Shown in pieces: positions 30,363 through 40,565 of a stretch of 64,000 nucleotides of DNA. Source of the DNA: Candidatus Geohabitans tengchongensis. GTDB lineage: Bacteria; Sysuimicrobiota; Sysuimicrobiia; Sysuimicrobiales; Humicultoraceae. Numbering within the stretch: position 1 is the stretch's first letter; each line of letters begins with the position of its first letter. A program made the translations under genes and the position numbers. The stretch covers positions 26,786 through 90,785 of the forward strand of contig JAVKIH010000004.1 in the NCBI GenBank assembly GCA_031459625.1, given 5' to 3'. The notes beneath the pieces were generated by a model that did no database searches, had not been told where the DNA came from, and saw nothing but the letters and a program-made list of their open reading frames with translations.

Positions 30363-31949
30363 ATGCAGGAGACACACGAGCACAGCGGCGGGCTCCAGGC
30401 CCCCCAGGGGTGGCCCGACTGGGGGATCTGGCACTGGCTGGAGCGGCGGCGGGACCTCTGTCCGCACAAGACGGCGATGGTGGACCGCGACCGGCGGGTT
30501 GCCTATGCCGAGCTGCAGGCCCGAGTCGCCGCCGTCGCCGGAGGGCTGCGCGGGCTCGGCATTCGACGGGGCGACCGCGTGGCCATCCTCTCCCTGAACC
30601 GACTGGAGTACGTGGAGCTCCTCTTCGCCGCCGCCCGCCTAGGCGCCATGCTGGTGCCACTGAACTGGCGGCTCACCTCCCCTGAGCTGGCCTTCCAGGT
30701 GAGCGACAGCCGCCCCCGGGTGCTGGTCGTGGACCCGGCGCTCGCCGACCTGGCGGAGGCGCTGCGCCGCAGGCCGGAGGCCGCGGCGGTGGAGCAGGTG
30801 GTGTGCCTCCCCGACGTCTCCGGCACCGGCCAGGCGGGCTTGCCGGCGGCTGTGCCCTACGAGACGCTGCTCTCCGCCGGCCCTGCCGCGCCCGAAGGCG
30901 CGAGCGGCGACCCCCTGCTCATCCTCTACACCTCCGGCACCACCGGCCGGCCCAAGGGGGCGGTCCTGGTCCAGGCCACCCAGTTCTGGAACAGCGTGAA
31001 CATCGGCACGGCGCTCAGCCTGGTCGCCGGTGACGTCACCCTGAACGTCCTGCCCATGTTCCACAGCGGCGGCCTGGGGCTGCTCACCCTCCCCTCGCTG
31101 CACCTGGGGGCGACCGCCGTGCTGCTGCCGCGGTTCGAGCCCGCGGCCGTCGTCCGGGCGCTGGCCGAAGAGCAGGTCACGGCGATGTTTGCCGTCCCGG
31201 CGATCTACCAGGCCCTGCTGGAGGACGAAGGGTTCCGCCGGCTGGACCTCCGCCGGGTGCGGTTCTCCTGCGGCGGCGCGCCCTGTCCCCTGCGGGTGAT
31301 CGAGGCCTTCCGCGAGCGCGGCGTGCTCTTCCAGCAGGGGTACGGGCTCACGGAGACCGCGCCCACGCTGACCCTCGTCCCGGCCGCCGACGCCTTCCGC
31401 AAGGCGGGGTCGGTGGGCAAGGCGGCGCTGCACGCCGAGCTGCGCGTCGTGGACGAGGAGGGCCGCGATGTCCCGCCGGGCGTGGTCGGGGAAGTCTGGG
31501 CCCGCGGGCCCAACCTCTTCGCCGGGTACTGGGACTGCCCGGAGGCGACCCGGGAGGTCTTCGTCGACGGCTGGTTCCGGACGGGCGACCTGGGCCGGCT
31601 GGACGAGGAAGGGTTCCTCTACATCGTGGACCGGCGCAAGGACATGATCATCTCCGGTGGCGAGAACATCTACCCCGCCGAGGTGGAGGCGGTCCTCTAC
31701 CAACACCCGGCGGTCCTCGACGCCGCGGTCATCCCCTCGCCCCACCCCCGCTGGGGCGAGGTGCCGCTGGCGGTGGTGGTGCTGCGGCCCGGGCAGACCC
31801 TTACCGCCGAGGAGCTGTTCACTTTCTGTACCCCGCACCTGGCCCGGTACAAGATCCCGCGGTCGCTCGTGGTGGTGGACGAGCTGCCGCGCAACGCCGC
31901 CGGCAAGGTGCTCAAGCGCGTGCTGCGCGAACGGTTCGCGGCGGGCTGA
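30363..31949 (+). CDS. Acyl-CoA synthetase (AMP-forming)
   Basis: YTSGTTGRPKG, GYGLTET, TGDLG, DRRKDMIISGGEN, GK. Confidence 0.93.
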   Translation: MQETHEHSGGLQAPQGWPDWGIWHWLERRRDLCPHKTAMVDRDRRVAYAELQARVAAVAGGLRGLGIRRGDRVAILSLNRLEYVELLFAAARLGAMLVPLNWRLTSPELAFQVSDSRPRVLVVDPALADLAEALRRRPEAAAVEQVVCLPDVSGTGQAGLPAAVPYETLLSAGPAAPEGASGDPLLILYTSGTTGRPKGAVLVQATQFWNSVNIGTALSLVAGDVTLNVLPMFHSGGLGLLTLPSLHLGATAVLLPRFEPAAVVRALAEEQVTAMFAVPAIYQALLEDEGFRRLDLRRVRFSCGGAPCPLRVIEAFRERGVLFQQGYGLTETAPTLTLVPAADAFRKAGSVGKAALHAELRVVDEEGRDVPPGVVGEVWARGPNLFAGYWDCPEATREVFVDGWFRTGDLGRLDEEGFLYIVDRRKDMIISGGENIYPAEVEAVLYQHPAVLDAAVIPSPHPRWGEVPLAVVVLRPGQTLTAEELFTFCTPHLARYKIPRSLVVVDELPRNAAGKVLKRVLRERFAAG

Positions 31950-31951
31950 CC

Positions 31952-32782
31952 GTGCCGTACGCCCACCTGAACGGCATCCGGCTCTACTACGAGGAGGAGG
32001 GGAGCGGCCCCCCGCTGCTCCTGCTGGAGGGCCTGGGCTATGCGCTGTGGATGTGGTTCCGCCAGCGGCCGGCCCTGCGCCAGCACTTCCGCCTCGTCCT
32101 GCCCGACACCCGTGGCGTCGGTCTCTCGGAGGCGCCCCCGGGCCCCTACACCATCGACCTCTTCGCCTCCGACGCGGTCGCCCTGCTGGACCACCTGGAG
32201 ATTCCCCGGGCGCACGTCCTGGGGGTCTCCATGGGAGGGATGGTCGCGATGGCACTGGCGCTGCACTACCCCGAACGCGTGGAGCGTCTCGTCCTGGTGA
32301 ACACCACCGCCGGCGGCCCGGAGGCGGTGCCGATGCCGCCGGAGACGCTGCAGGCGCTCCTGGCGGCGCGCGCCCTGCCGCCGCGGGACGGGTTGCGCGC
32401 GGCCATGGCGCTCGCCTTCGCCACCGGGTACATGGCAGCGCACCCGGAGGAGGTCGAGCAGATCCTGGACTGGCGCCTCGCCCGTCCCCAGTCCCCCGAG
32501 GCGTGGGCGTGGCAGTTTCAGGCCGGCCAGGCCTTCGACCTCTCCGCGCACCTCCGCGAGATCCGCCACCCCACCCTGGTGGTGGCGGGCTCGGCGGACC
32601 GGGTCCTGCCGGTGGCCAACGCCGCCCTGCTGGCTGACCGGCTGCCGCACGCGCGGCTCCGGGTCTTCGAGGGCGGCGGGCATCTCGTCTTCATCGAGCA
32701 GGCCGAGGCCTTCAACCGGCTGGTCGTGGACTTCCTCCGGGGGGCGCCGGTGGAGGCGTCGCCGGCCGGGGAGGAGGGCTGA
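31952..32782 (+). CDS. alpha/beta hydrolase
   Basis: GVSMGG nucleophile, D and GH triad positions. Confidence 0.88.
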   Translation: MPYAHLNGIRLYYEEEGSGPPLLLLEGLGYALWMWFRQRPALRQHFRLVLPDTRGVGLSEAPPGPYTIDLFASDAVALLDHLEIPRAHVLGVSMGGMVAMALALHYPERVERLVLVNTTAGGPEAVPMPPETLQALLAARALPPRDGLRAAMALAFATGYMAAHPEEVEQILDWRLARPQSPEAWAWQFQAGQAFDLSAHLREIRHPTLVVAGSADRVLPVANAALLADRLPHARLRVFEGGGHLVFIEQAEAFNRLVVDFLRGAPVEASPAGEEG

Positions 32783-32783
32783 C

Positions 32784-33845
32784 ATGGCGCTCTTGCCGGG
32801 GGTGGTCTCCGAGGTCATCCAGACGCGCCGACTCCGTACCCACGTCCTGCGCACGGCCCGGATGGGCGGCGCGCCGGTGGTATTTGTCGACGGGAACATC
32901 TCCACGGCGCGCTTCTGGGAGGAGATCCTGGCGACGCTGCCCGCGCCCTGGTCGGGCATCGCCATGGATCTGCGCGGGTACGGCGGATCGGAACTCCGAC
33001 CGGTGGACGCGACTCGCGGGCTGCGCGATTTCGCCGACGACCTGGCAGCGCTCCTGGAAGCGCTTGCCGTCGAGCGGCCACACCTGGTCGGGTGGTCGCT
33101 GGGGGCGGGAGTGGTGATGCAATACGCGCTGGACCACCCCGGTGGTGTCGCCTCCCTGACCCTGGAGGCGCCGCTGTCGCCCTATGGCTTCGGCGGCACC
33201 AGAGACGAGGCCGGAACGCCCTGCTGGCCCGACTACGCCGGCTCGGGCGGGGGGACGGCGAACCCGGAGTTCGTCCGGCGCCTGCGCGAAGGTGACCGGA
33301 CTGACGAGAGCCCCTTCTCCCCCCGCAACGTCATGCGCGCCTTCTACGTCAAGCCGCCGTTTCGGCCCGCGCCCGAGCGGGAGGAGATCCTCGTCGCGGA
33401 GGTCCTCACCACCGCCGTGGGCGATGACAACTACCCGGGGGACGTGACGCCTTCCCCCCACTGGCCACACGTGGCCCCCGGCCGACGGGGCGTGAACAAC
33501 GCGATGTCGCCCGCTTACTGCAACCTGAGCGGGTTCGCCCGCCTCACGCCCAAGCCGCCCGTCCTCTGGATCCGGGGAGCCGACGACCAGATCGTCTCCG
33601 ATACGTCCTTGTTCGACTTCGGGTACCTGGGCCGGATCGGGGCCGTACCGGGGTGGCCGGGCGAGGAGGTCTTCCCGCCGCAACCGATGGTCAGCCAGAC
33701 TCGGGCGGTCCTGGACGCCTACCGGCGCGACGGCGGCTCGGTTGCGGAGGAGGTCTTCCCCGACTGCGGGCACTCTCCGCACCTCGAGGACCCCGAGCGG
33801 TTTCGGTCCCTGCTGGTGGCCTTCGTGTCGGCGGCCACCACCTGA
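32784..33845 (+). CDS. alpha/beta hydrolase
   Basis: DLRGYG, GWSLG, DDQIV, CGHSPH. Confidence 0.88.
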   Translation: MALLPGVVSEVIQTRRLRTHVLRTARMGGAPVVFVDGNISTARFWEEILATLPAPWSGIAMDLRGYGGSELRPVDATRGLRDFADDLAALLEALAVERPHLVGWSLGAGVVMQYALDHPGGVASLTLEAPLSPYGFGGTRDEAGTPCWPDYAGSGGGTANPEFVRRLREGDRTDESPFSPRNVMRAFYVKPPFRPAPEREEILVAEVLTTAVGDDNYPGDVTPSPHWPHVAPGRRGVNNAMSPAYCNLSGFARLTPKPPVLWIRGADDQIVSDTSLFDFGYLGRIGAVPGWPGEEVFPPQPMVSQTRAVLDAYRRDGGSVAEEVFPDCGHSPHLEDPERFRSLLVAFVSAATT

Positions 33846-33892
33846 CGGCCGTGGAGCCGGCACACACGGGAAGGAGCGAAAGGGGGAGAGCC

Positions 33893-35092
33893 ATGAGACG
33901 TGGAGGGCGATGGTGGGTTCCGGGAGTGGCGCTGGTGGCACTGCTGGCGGTGCTGGCACCGGCAGCAGCGCAGCGGGCGGGGCCGGTCCGGCTGGGGGCC
34001 ATCATCCCGCTGAGCGGTCCCGAGGGCGTGAGCGGGCAGGCGATGCAGAAGGGCTACCAGCTCGCCCTGGAGGAGGTCAACGGCCGCGGGGGAGTGCTGG
34101 GCCGTCCCCTCGAGCTCATCGTGGAGGACGACAAAGGCGACCCGCCCACCGGCGCGGCCGTCTTCCAGAAGCTCGTCACGCGCGACCGCATCGACATCCT
34201 CATCGGCGGCCTGCAGTCCGCGGTGACCATCGCGGTCGTCAGCCAAGTCCTCCGCCAGCCGATCCTCATGGCCTGGACGGGCGCGGCCTTCTCAGGTATC
34301 GAGCGGGACCTGGTCAAGGACGCCGACTGGTTCTTCCACTACCACCCGTGGGACTACCACAACACCGACTCGCTCTTCCGGTTCATCAAGTCCACCGGGG
34401 CGAAGACGGTGGCGGTGGCCCACGAGGACGGGCCCTTCGGCGCGGGGTCCATCGACGCGATCCGGGCCTTCGCCCGCAACTACGGAGTGGAGGTGACCTT
34501 CATCGACGCCTTCAAGAGCGGCACGCCGGACCTGACCCCGCTGCTCACCAAGGCCAAGGGCGCCAATGCCGATGTCTTCGTCTTCATCAGCTTCGCCCAG
34601 GACGTGGTCCCCATCGTGACGCAGGCCCGCCAGGTCGGGTTCGCGCCCAAGCTGATGATCGGCACACCCCCCTCCTGGCCGATCGGCTACGAGCGCCTGG
34701 CGGCCGGCAACAACGTGGCCGGGCTGGCGCTGTGGACCCCCGAGAACCGCCACCCGGCCTCGCAGCGCTTCGTCAGCCGCTGGCGCGAGAAGTTCCGCGA
34801 AGAACCGACTTCCTACTGGGGCCCGCTGGCCTACACCAACGTGGTGACGGTGGCCGACGCGGTCAACCGTGCCGGCACCGCCGACCGGGCGGCGGTGACG
34901 CGGGCGCTGGCGGCGACGGACTACGAGGGGCCGATCGGCCGGCGGCTGACCTTCAAGCGGTCGCTGGTGGGCCGCTACCAGGGGTTCACCAGCCTGATCG
35001 CCTTCCAGTGGCGGGACGGCAAGCAGGTCACCGTGTGGCCCGAGGAGATCGCCGGCGGGCGGCTGCAGTACCCGGTGGGGTACGGCCGCTGA
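33893..35092 (+). CDS. Liv-type ABC transporter substrate-binding protein
   Basis: signal peptide, PLSGP, NGRGGVLGRPLELIVEDD. Confidence 0.92.
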   Translation: MRRGGRWWVPGVALVALLAVLAPAAAQRAGPVRLGAIIPLSGPEGVSGQAMQKGYQLALEEVNGRGGVLGRPLELIVEDDKGDPPTGAAVFQKLVTRDRIDILIGGLQSAVTIAVVSQVLRQPILMAWTGAAFSGIERDLVKDADWFFHYHPWDYHNTDSLFRFIKSTGAKTVAVAHEDGPFGAGSIDAIRAFARNYGVEVTFIDAFKSGTPDLTPLLTKAKGANADVFVFISFAQDVVPIVTQARQVGFAPKLMIGTPPSWPIGYERLAAGNNVAGLALWTPENRHPASQRFVSRWREKFREEPTSYWGPLAYTNVVTVADAVNRAGTADRAAVTRALAATDYEGPIGRRLTFKRSLVGRYQGFTSLIAFQWRDGKQVTVWPEEIAGGRLQYPVGYGR

Positions 35093-35184
35093 CCCACGGC
35101 CGCGGGGCCCCGCCCCGCGGTCCACACGACGTCGGGGGCACCCGGCGCCACGACGGGGGCCCCGGGCCGGGGGAGGGTTGAGGC

Positions 35185-36045
35185 ATCGAGACCCTGCTCC
35201 AGGTGCTGATCTTCGGGACGCTGCGCTCGGGGCTGTATGCGCTGGCCGCGGTCGGGCTGGCCCTCTCCGTGGGGGTGATCGGGATCGTGAACTTCGCCCA
35301 CGGGGAGTTCCTCATGCTGGGGGCCTACCTGGGGTACTGGCTCTTCGCCTCGTACGGCGTCGACCCGCTGGCGGCGATCCCGCTGGGCGCGGCGGGGCTC
35401 TTCGTGCTCGGGGGCGCGCTCTACCGGACGGCGATCCGGCGCGTCCTGCGCGCCCCCGAGCTGAACCAGATGCTGCTCACCTTCGGCATCGCCATCTTCC
35501 TCCAGAACCTGGCCGTCATCCTCTGGAGCGGCGACCCGCGCACCGCCGCCATCCCCTACAAGGCCAGCGCGCTCGCCCTGGGGCCCTTCACCATCGGCCT
35601 GCCCCAGGTGGTGGTCTTCGTCCTGGCCACGGGGCTGACGGCGGCGCTCTACGCCCTCCTGGGGCGCACGCGGGTGGGCAAGGCCATGCGCGCGGTGGCG
35701 CAGGACCGCGTCGGTTCCGCCATCATCGGCGTCGAGGTCGATCGCATCTACCTGCTGGCCTTCGGCCTCTCGGTGGCCCTGGCCGGCACGGCGGGCCTGA
35801 TGATCACCCTGCAGCTCTCCGCCTCGCCCTACATGGGGTTGCTCTACACGCTGAAGGCGTTCGCCATCATCGTCATCGCCGGGCTGGGCAACATCGGCGC
35901 GGTCGTCTACGCCAGCCTGGTCCTGGGCCTCGCCGAGGCGTTTGTGGAGTTCTACGTGCCCAACGGCGGCGGGTGGTCGGAGGGGGTCTTCTTCCTCCTC
36001 ATCCTGCTCGTGCTGCTCGTCCGACCGCGGGGGCTCTTCCAGTGA
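35185..36045 (+). CDS. livH: Liv-type ABC permease (start ATC 35185 or GTG 35203)
   Basis: [29 protein letters not shown]. Confidence 0.88.
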   Translation: METLLQVLIFGTLRSGLYALAAVGLALSVGVIGIVNFAHGEFLMLGAYLGYWLFASYGVDPLAAIPLGAAGLFVLGGALYRTAIRRVLRAPELNQMLLTFGIAIFLQNLAVILWSGDPRTAAIPYKASALALGPFTIGLPQVVVFVLATGLTAALYALLGRTRVGKAMRAVAQDRVGSAIIGVEVDRIYLLAFGLSVALAGTAGLMITLQLSASPYMGLLYTLKAFAIIVIAGLGNIGAVVYASLVLGLAEAFVEFYVPNGGGWSEGVFFLLILLVLLVRPRGLFQ

Positions 36046-37049
36046 CTGTCTCCCGCGCGCTGCCGCTGTCGCGGCCGGACCGCCTGGCCGGCCGGTTGGG
36101 CGTCCCGCTCCTCCTGGGCGCGGCCCTGGCCTGGCCGTTCCTCACCGTCCGCACACAGCCCTACCTGCTGCAGCTCTCCCTGAACATCCTGATCTTCGCC
36201 GTCCTGGCCGTGTCGTGGGACCTGCTGGCGCGGACGGGGCAGCTCTCGCTGGCGCACGCCGCCTTCTACGGGCTGGGGGCGTACACCTCGGCGCTGCTGG
36301 CCACGCGGCTGCACGTGCCCATCCCGCTGGCCATGCTGGCCGGGGGCGGCCTCGCCGTGGTGTGCGCCGTGGGGCTGGGGCTGCTCACCCTGCGCCTGCG
36401 CGGCATCTACTTCGCCATCGCCACCCTGGCTTTCACCGAGACGCTGCGGGTCGTGGCCAAGCAGGTGCGCTTCTTCGGCGCCGCCACCGGGCTCGTCGTC
36501 CCGCCGCTCTTCCCGGCCAGCCTGGTGGGCCAGTACCTGGTCATCCTGGCCGTGCTGCTGGCCACGCTCCTGGTCTCGTGGCGCGTGAACCGGTCGCGCT
36601 GGTACTTCGCCTTCACGGCCATCCGCACCAACGAGGCGGTGGCTGCGGTCATGGGCGTGGACGTGGTCCGCTTCAAGGTGGCGGCCTTCGCCCTGAGCGC
36701 CTTCTTTGCCGGCCTGACGGGGGCGTACTACGCCCACGTCTTCCTCTTCATCAACCCCTTCGAGGTCTTCAGCCTGGCCATCTCCGTCGGTGCACTGGTG
36801 GCGCCCATCTTCGGCGGCCTGTACACCACTGCGGGGCCGCTGCTCGGGGCGGTGGTCCTGCGGGCAGGCGAGGAAGCCCTGCGGGCGACCATCCGCAGCG
36901 GCCACCTGATCCTCTACGGAGGGATCCTGGCGGTGGTCGTCCTCTACATGCCGCGCGGGCTGCTCGGGGTGCTGGTCGCCCTGCGCCTGCGCCGGCCCCC
37001 GGCGGTCGCCGTCGGCCCGGCGCCGCCGGCGGGAGGGGCGGGGCGGTGA
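36042..37049 (+). CDS. livM: Liv-type ABC permease
   Basis: [39 protein letters not shown]. Confidence 0.9.
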   Translation: MTVSRALPLSRPDRLAGRLGVPLLLGAALAWPFLTVRTQPYLLQLSLNILIFAVLAVSWDLLARTGQLSLAHAAFYGLGAYTSALLATRLHVPIPLAMLAGGGLAVVCAVGLGLLTLRLRGIYFAIATLAFTETLRVVAKQVRFFGAATGLVVPPLFPASLVGQYLVILAVLLATLLVSWRVNRSRWYFAFTAIRTNEAVAAVMGVDVVRFKVAAFALSAFFAGLTGAYYAHVFLFINPFEVFSLAISVGALVAPIFGGLYTTAGPLLGAVVLRAGEEALRATIRSGHLILYGGILAVVVLYMPRGLLGVLVALRLRRPPAVAVGPAPPAGGAGR

Positions 37050-37783
37050 GCCTGCTTGCGCTGGACGAGGTCACGAAGGCGTTCGGCGGGCTCGTCGCGG
37101 TGAGCGACCTCTCCTTCGAGGTGCGGGAAGGCGAGGTCCTCGCGCTCATCGGGCCGAACGGGGCGGGGAAGTCGACGGCGTTCAACCTGATCTCGGGGCT
37201 GCTGGCCCCTGACCGGGGCCGCATCGCCTTCGACGGGCGGGAGATCACCCGTCTGCCGCCGTCGGCGCGTGCCCACCTGGGGATCGGCCGCACGTTTCAG
37301 GTCATGCAGCCCTTCCATGACATGACCGTCCTGGAGAACGTCATGGTGGGGGAGCTGTTCGGTCACGCCGTCCCCAAGTCCCTGGCCGAGGCGCGGCGCG
37401 ATGCCGAAGGCATCTGTCGCCTCGTCGGCATCGAGCACCTGATGCACCGGGAGGCCACGGGGCTGGGGGTGGCGGACCTCAAGCGGCTGGAGGTCGCCCG
37501 GGCGCTGGCCACGCACCCGCGCCTGCTGCTGCTCGACGAGGTGATGGCCGGCTTGCGCCCGCCGGAGGTCGACCAGGCCGTGCAGATGCTGCGGGGCCTG
37601 CGCAGCGCAGGGATCACCCTGCTGGTGATCGACCACGTGATCCGCAGCGTCCGGGACCTGGCCGACCGGGTGGTGGTCCTGAACTTCGGCCGGAAGATCG
37701 CCGAGGGCACGTTCGCCGCGGTGGCGCGGGACCCCCCCGTCATCCAGGCCTACCTCGGCGAGGCCGGCGAGGGAGGGGGGTGA
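37046..37783 (+). CDS. livG: Liv-type ABC ATP-binding protein
   Basis: [25 protein letters not shown]. Confidence 0.92.
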   Translation: MSLLALDEVTKAFGGLVAVSDLSFEVREGEVLALIGPNGAGKSTAFNLISGLLAPDRGRIAFDGREITRLPPSARAHLGIGRTFQVMQPFHDMTVLENVMVGELFGHAVPKSLAEARRDAEGICRLVGIEHLMHREATGLGVADLKRLEVARALATHPRLLLLDEVMAGLRPPEVDQAVQMLRGLRSAGITLLVIDHVIRSVRDLADRVVVLNFGRKIAEGTFAAVARDPPVIQAYLGEAGEGGG

Positions 37784-37789
37784 GGGCCT

Positions 37790-38521
37790 CTGGACGGGCC
37801 GTCGGACGGCGACGCGCTGCTGCAGGTGGAGGGGATGAGCGCGGGGTACGGGCCGGTGCGCGTCCTGTGGGACGTCACCCTGCGCGTCGCTCCCGGAGAG
37901 ATCGTGGCCCTGGTGGGGGCCAACGGAGCGGGCAAGACGACGCTGCTGCGGGCCATCACGGGCCTCGTGCGCGCCAGCGGGGTGATCCGCGTCGGCGGGA
38001 CGGTGGTCACCCACCGCTCCCCCGCCGCCATCGCCCGGCTGGGGGTGGCCCACGTGCCCGAGGGGCGCCACCTCTTCCCGCAGATGACGGTCCGGGACCA
38101 CCTGGAGCTGGGGGCGGCGTTCGTCCCGGGCGCCTGGGACGCCCGGGAGCAGACCCTCGCGTGGGTCCACGCCCTCTTCCCCCGCCTGCGCGAGCGGGCG
38201 GCGCAGCCGGCCGGCACGATGAGCGGCGGGGAGCAGCAGATGCTGGCGATCGCCCGGGCGCTGATGGCCCGCCCCCGCCTGCTGCTGGTCGACGAACCCT
38301 CGCTGGGGCTGGCGCCGGTGCTGGTCCAGGCCGTCTTCCAGGCGCTGCGGGAGATCAACCGGCACGGGGTCACCATCCTGCTGGTCGAGCAGAACGTGCG
38401 CCAGACGCTGGTGATGGCCCACCGAGGCTACGTGCTGGAGAACGGCCGGGTCGTCCTGGAGGGGACGGGCCGCGAGCTGCTTGAGAACCCCCACGTCCAA
38501 CAGGCCTACCTGGGGCTCTGA
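37790..38521 (+). CDS. livF: Liv-type ABC ATP-binding protein (start CTG 37790 or GTG 37826)
   Basis: GANGAGKTT, MSGGEQQMLAIARAL, DEPSLGLAP, VEQN. Confidence 0.9.
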   Translation: MDGPSDGDALLQVEGMSAGYGPVRVLWDVTLRVAPGEIVALVGANGAGKTTLLRAITGLVRASGVIRVGGTVVTHRSPAAIARLGVAHVPEGRHLFPQMTVRDHLELGAAFVPGAWDAREQTLAWVHALFPRLRERAAQPAGTMSGGEQQMLAIARALMARPRLLLVDEPSLGLAPVLVQAVFQALREINRHGVTILLVEQNVRQTLVMAHRGYVLENGRVVLEGTGRELLENPHVQQAYLGL

Positions 38522-38537
38522 GCCCGCCAGGGGGCTC

Positions 38538-39308
38538 GTGGTCTACACCCTGGGGCGGTTCCGCGTCCTGCGAGACGGGGAGGAGATCCCGGCCCGGGCC
38601 TGGAGGCGCCGGAAGGCCCTCCTCCTCTTCCAGTTCCTCCTCACCGCCCGTCACCGTCCGATGCTGAAGGACGAGATCGTCGACCGCCTCTGGCCGGATC
38701 TCGACCCCCGGGTGGCCGACCGGGACTTCAAGGTGGCGCTGCACGCGCTGTGGTACGCGCTGGAGCCCCGTCGCCGACCCCGGCAGCCCTCCCGGTTCGT
38801 CCGGCGCGTGGGAGAGGGCTACCAGGTGACCCGCGAGGGTGTGTGGGTGGACGCGGACGCGATGGAGGCGTACGTCGCCGCCGCGGCGCAGCAGACCGCG
38901 CGCGACCCGGCCGCAGCACGGGCCGCCTATCGTGCCGCCCTCGACCTCTATGGGGGCGACTACCTGCCGGACCGCCGCTACGACGACTGGGCCACGGCGG
39001 AGCGGGAACGGCTGCAGACGCTGGCCCTGGGGGCCATGGCCGCCCTGGCCGGCCTCCTCCTGGACGAGCAGCCGCGGGAGAGCCTGCGGCTGGCCGGGCG
39101 GATGCTGGCCATCGACCCGGCCTGGGAGGAGGCCTACCGCATCGCGATGCGCGCCCACCTGGCCACCGGGAACCGGGTCCAGGCCCTGCGGTCCTACGAG
39201 CGGTGCGTGGCTGCCCTCCGCGAGCTCGGCCTGGAGCCCCTGCCCGAGACGCAGGCCCTGGCCCGGACGCTGCGCGGTCGCCCGTGGCCGCCTGTAACTC
39301 CGCCGTAA
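38538..39308 (+). CDS. SARP/BTAD-domain transcriptional regulator (start uncertain)
   Basis: YTLGRFRV, LWPD, LYGGDYL, WATAERERL, EEAYRIAM, LGLEP.PET. Confidence 0.88.
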   Translation: MVYTLGRFRVLRDGEEIPARAWRRRKALLLFQFLLTARHRPMLKDEIVDRLWPDLDPRVADRDFKVALHALWYALEPRRRPRQPSRFVRRVGEGYQVTREGVWVDADAMEAYVAAAAQQTARDPAAARAAYRAALDLYGGDYLPDRRYDDWATAERERLQTLALGAMAALAGLLLDEQPRESLRLAGRMLAIDPAWEEAYRIAMRAHLATGNRVQALRSYERCVAALRELGLEPLPETQALARTLRGRPWPPVTPP

Positions 39309-39311
39309 CTC
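39294..39311 (+). promoter_or_regulatory. Heptamer direct repeat, putative SARP binding site
   Basis: GTAACTC at 39294 and 39305 (11-bp period). Confidence 0.55.
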
Positions 39312-39323
39312 GCCTCCGCCAGG

Positions 39324-39851
39324 GTGGGGGCGGTGAGGACGACGCGGCAGGGCATCGCCTCCTTCCTGGTGCGTTTCGTCCAGGAAGCCTGGCGCGACCG
39401 GACGGGCGAGCCGCGGCTGCGCTGGCGGGGCACCGTGCGCCACGTCCAGACCAGCGAGGAGGTCCCGTTCACCGGGTTCGCCGAGGTGGTGGCGTTCATG
39501 CAGCGTCACCTGGCCGCACTCACCCGAGAGACCGCGGAGGGGACGTCCATGGATCAGGACAAGCTGTTGCAAGAGAGCCTGAAGCTGTGGGAGGAGTTCG
39601 CCACGACCTACTCCAGCCTGCTGTTCCAGGCGATGGATCGGGTCATCCAGCAGTCGGACGCCCTCAAGCAGCAGCTGAACGAGGCGGTGCAGCGCTCGCT
39701 GCAGGCCTGGAAAGGTGTGGGGGGGACGTCGCCCGACCTCGCCCGGGCGGTGGACCGCCTGGCCGCCCGGGTCGAGCAGCTGGCCGAGCGGGTGGATCGG
39801 CTGGAGCGGTCTGCGAAGCGTCCCGGCCGCAAAGGCGGCAAGCGCGGCTGA
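39324..39851 (+). CDS. Hypothetical two-domain protein with PHA-associated-like coiled coil
   Basis: SFLVRF..WRGTVRHVQT domain followed by a helical domain; internal SD+ATG at 39549. Confidence 0.65.
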   Translation: MGAVRTTRQGIASFLVRFVQEAWRDRTGEPRLRWRGTVRHVQTSEEVPFTGFAEVVAFMQRHLAALTRETAEGTSMDQDKLLQESLKLWEEFATTYSSLLFQAMDRVIQQSDALKQQLNEAVQRSLQAWKGVGGTSPDLARAVDRLAARVEQLAERVDRLERSAKRPGRKGGKRG

Positions 39852-39964
39852 TGGGTGGGCCCCGGCGCGGCACCGGCGGCCCTGTTCGGGAAGCCCGTCC
39901 AGGCTCCGGCGCACCGCGACGGGCAGCACGGACGGAGCATGACACCACACCCGGGAGGAGGGGG

Positions 39965-40240
39965 ATGGTCATGAGCAAGCAGGCCCAGACGACCGCAGGG
40001 GGATCGCCCGCCCAGGTGTACGCCGACCTGTGGCTGAAGGCAACGGAGCAGTGGGTCGACGAGGCGCTGACCGTGCGGGAGCGGCTGAGCGCGATCGCGG
40101 CGCAGGCCCTCACGCGCACCCGCGAGCTGGCGGCGAAGGAAGGAGAGCTGGCTCTGGACGTGCTAGAAGCCTGGCAGGCACAGGCGCAGGTCGCCACGCG
40201 CCGTCTGGCGAAAGTCTTCGGCGTCCCGTCGGTCGGTTAG
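39965..40240 (+). CDS. Small helical protein, phasin-like
   Basis: SD GGAGGAGG; Ala/Gln-rich amphipathic helix; pha context. Confidence 0.6.
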   Translation: MVMSKQAQTTAGGSPAQVYADLWLKATEQWVDEALTVRERLSAIAAQALTRTRELAAKEGELALDVLEAWQAQAQVATRRLAKVFGVPSVG

Positions 40241-40268
40241 CCTTCCACCCTCCGGCGGCCCGGCCGGT

Positions 40269-40565
40269 ATGGAGCGTGACCCCGCAGTCACCGTCCTGAA
40301 GACCGTCCTGGAGACCCTGGAGCCCGTCGCGACCTCCTGGTGGGAGGCGGCCGCCCGGCACCCGCTCTTTCTGGCCGCGCTGGGGGGGTGGCTGCGGGGC
40401 GCCCTCCTGGCTGTCCGGTGGGCGTCACCGTGGCCGGCCGTGGGCGGCGGGGCGGGAGGGGCGGAGGCGCGCCTGTGGTCCCGGCTGCGCCGTCTCGAGG
40501 GAGAGGTGGCCTGGCTCGACCGCCGCGTGACACGGCTGGAGGAAAGGGGTGGCACAGCGCCGTGA
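40269..40565 (+). CDS. Small coiled-coil protein, candidate PhaC partner subunit
   Basis: RLRRLEGEVAWLDRRVTRLEE; stop overlaps phaC start (GTGA). Confidence 0.55.
   Translation: MERDPAVTVLKTVLETLEPVATSWWEAAARHPLFLAALGGWLRGALLAVRWASPWPAVGGGAGGAEARLWSRLRRLEGEVAWLDRRVTRLEERGGTAP

Noticed and set aside
35093..35170. GC-rich hairpins after the Liv binding-protein gene as an ncRNA
   Set aside because: Consistent with ordinary mRNA-stabilising stem-loops in ABC operons, like 14113-14138
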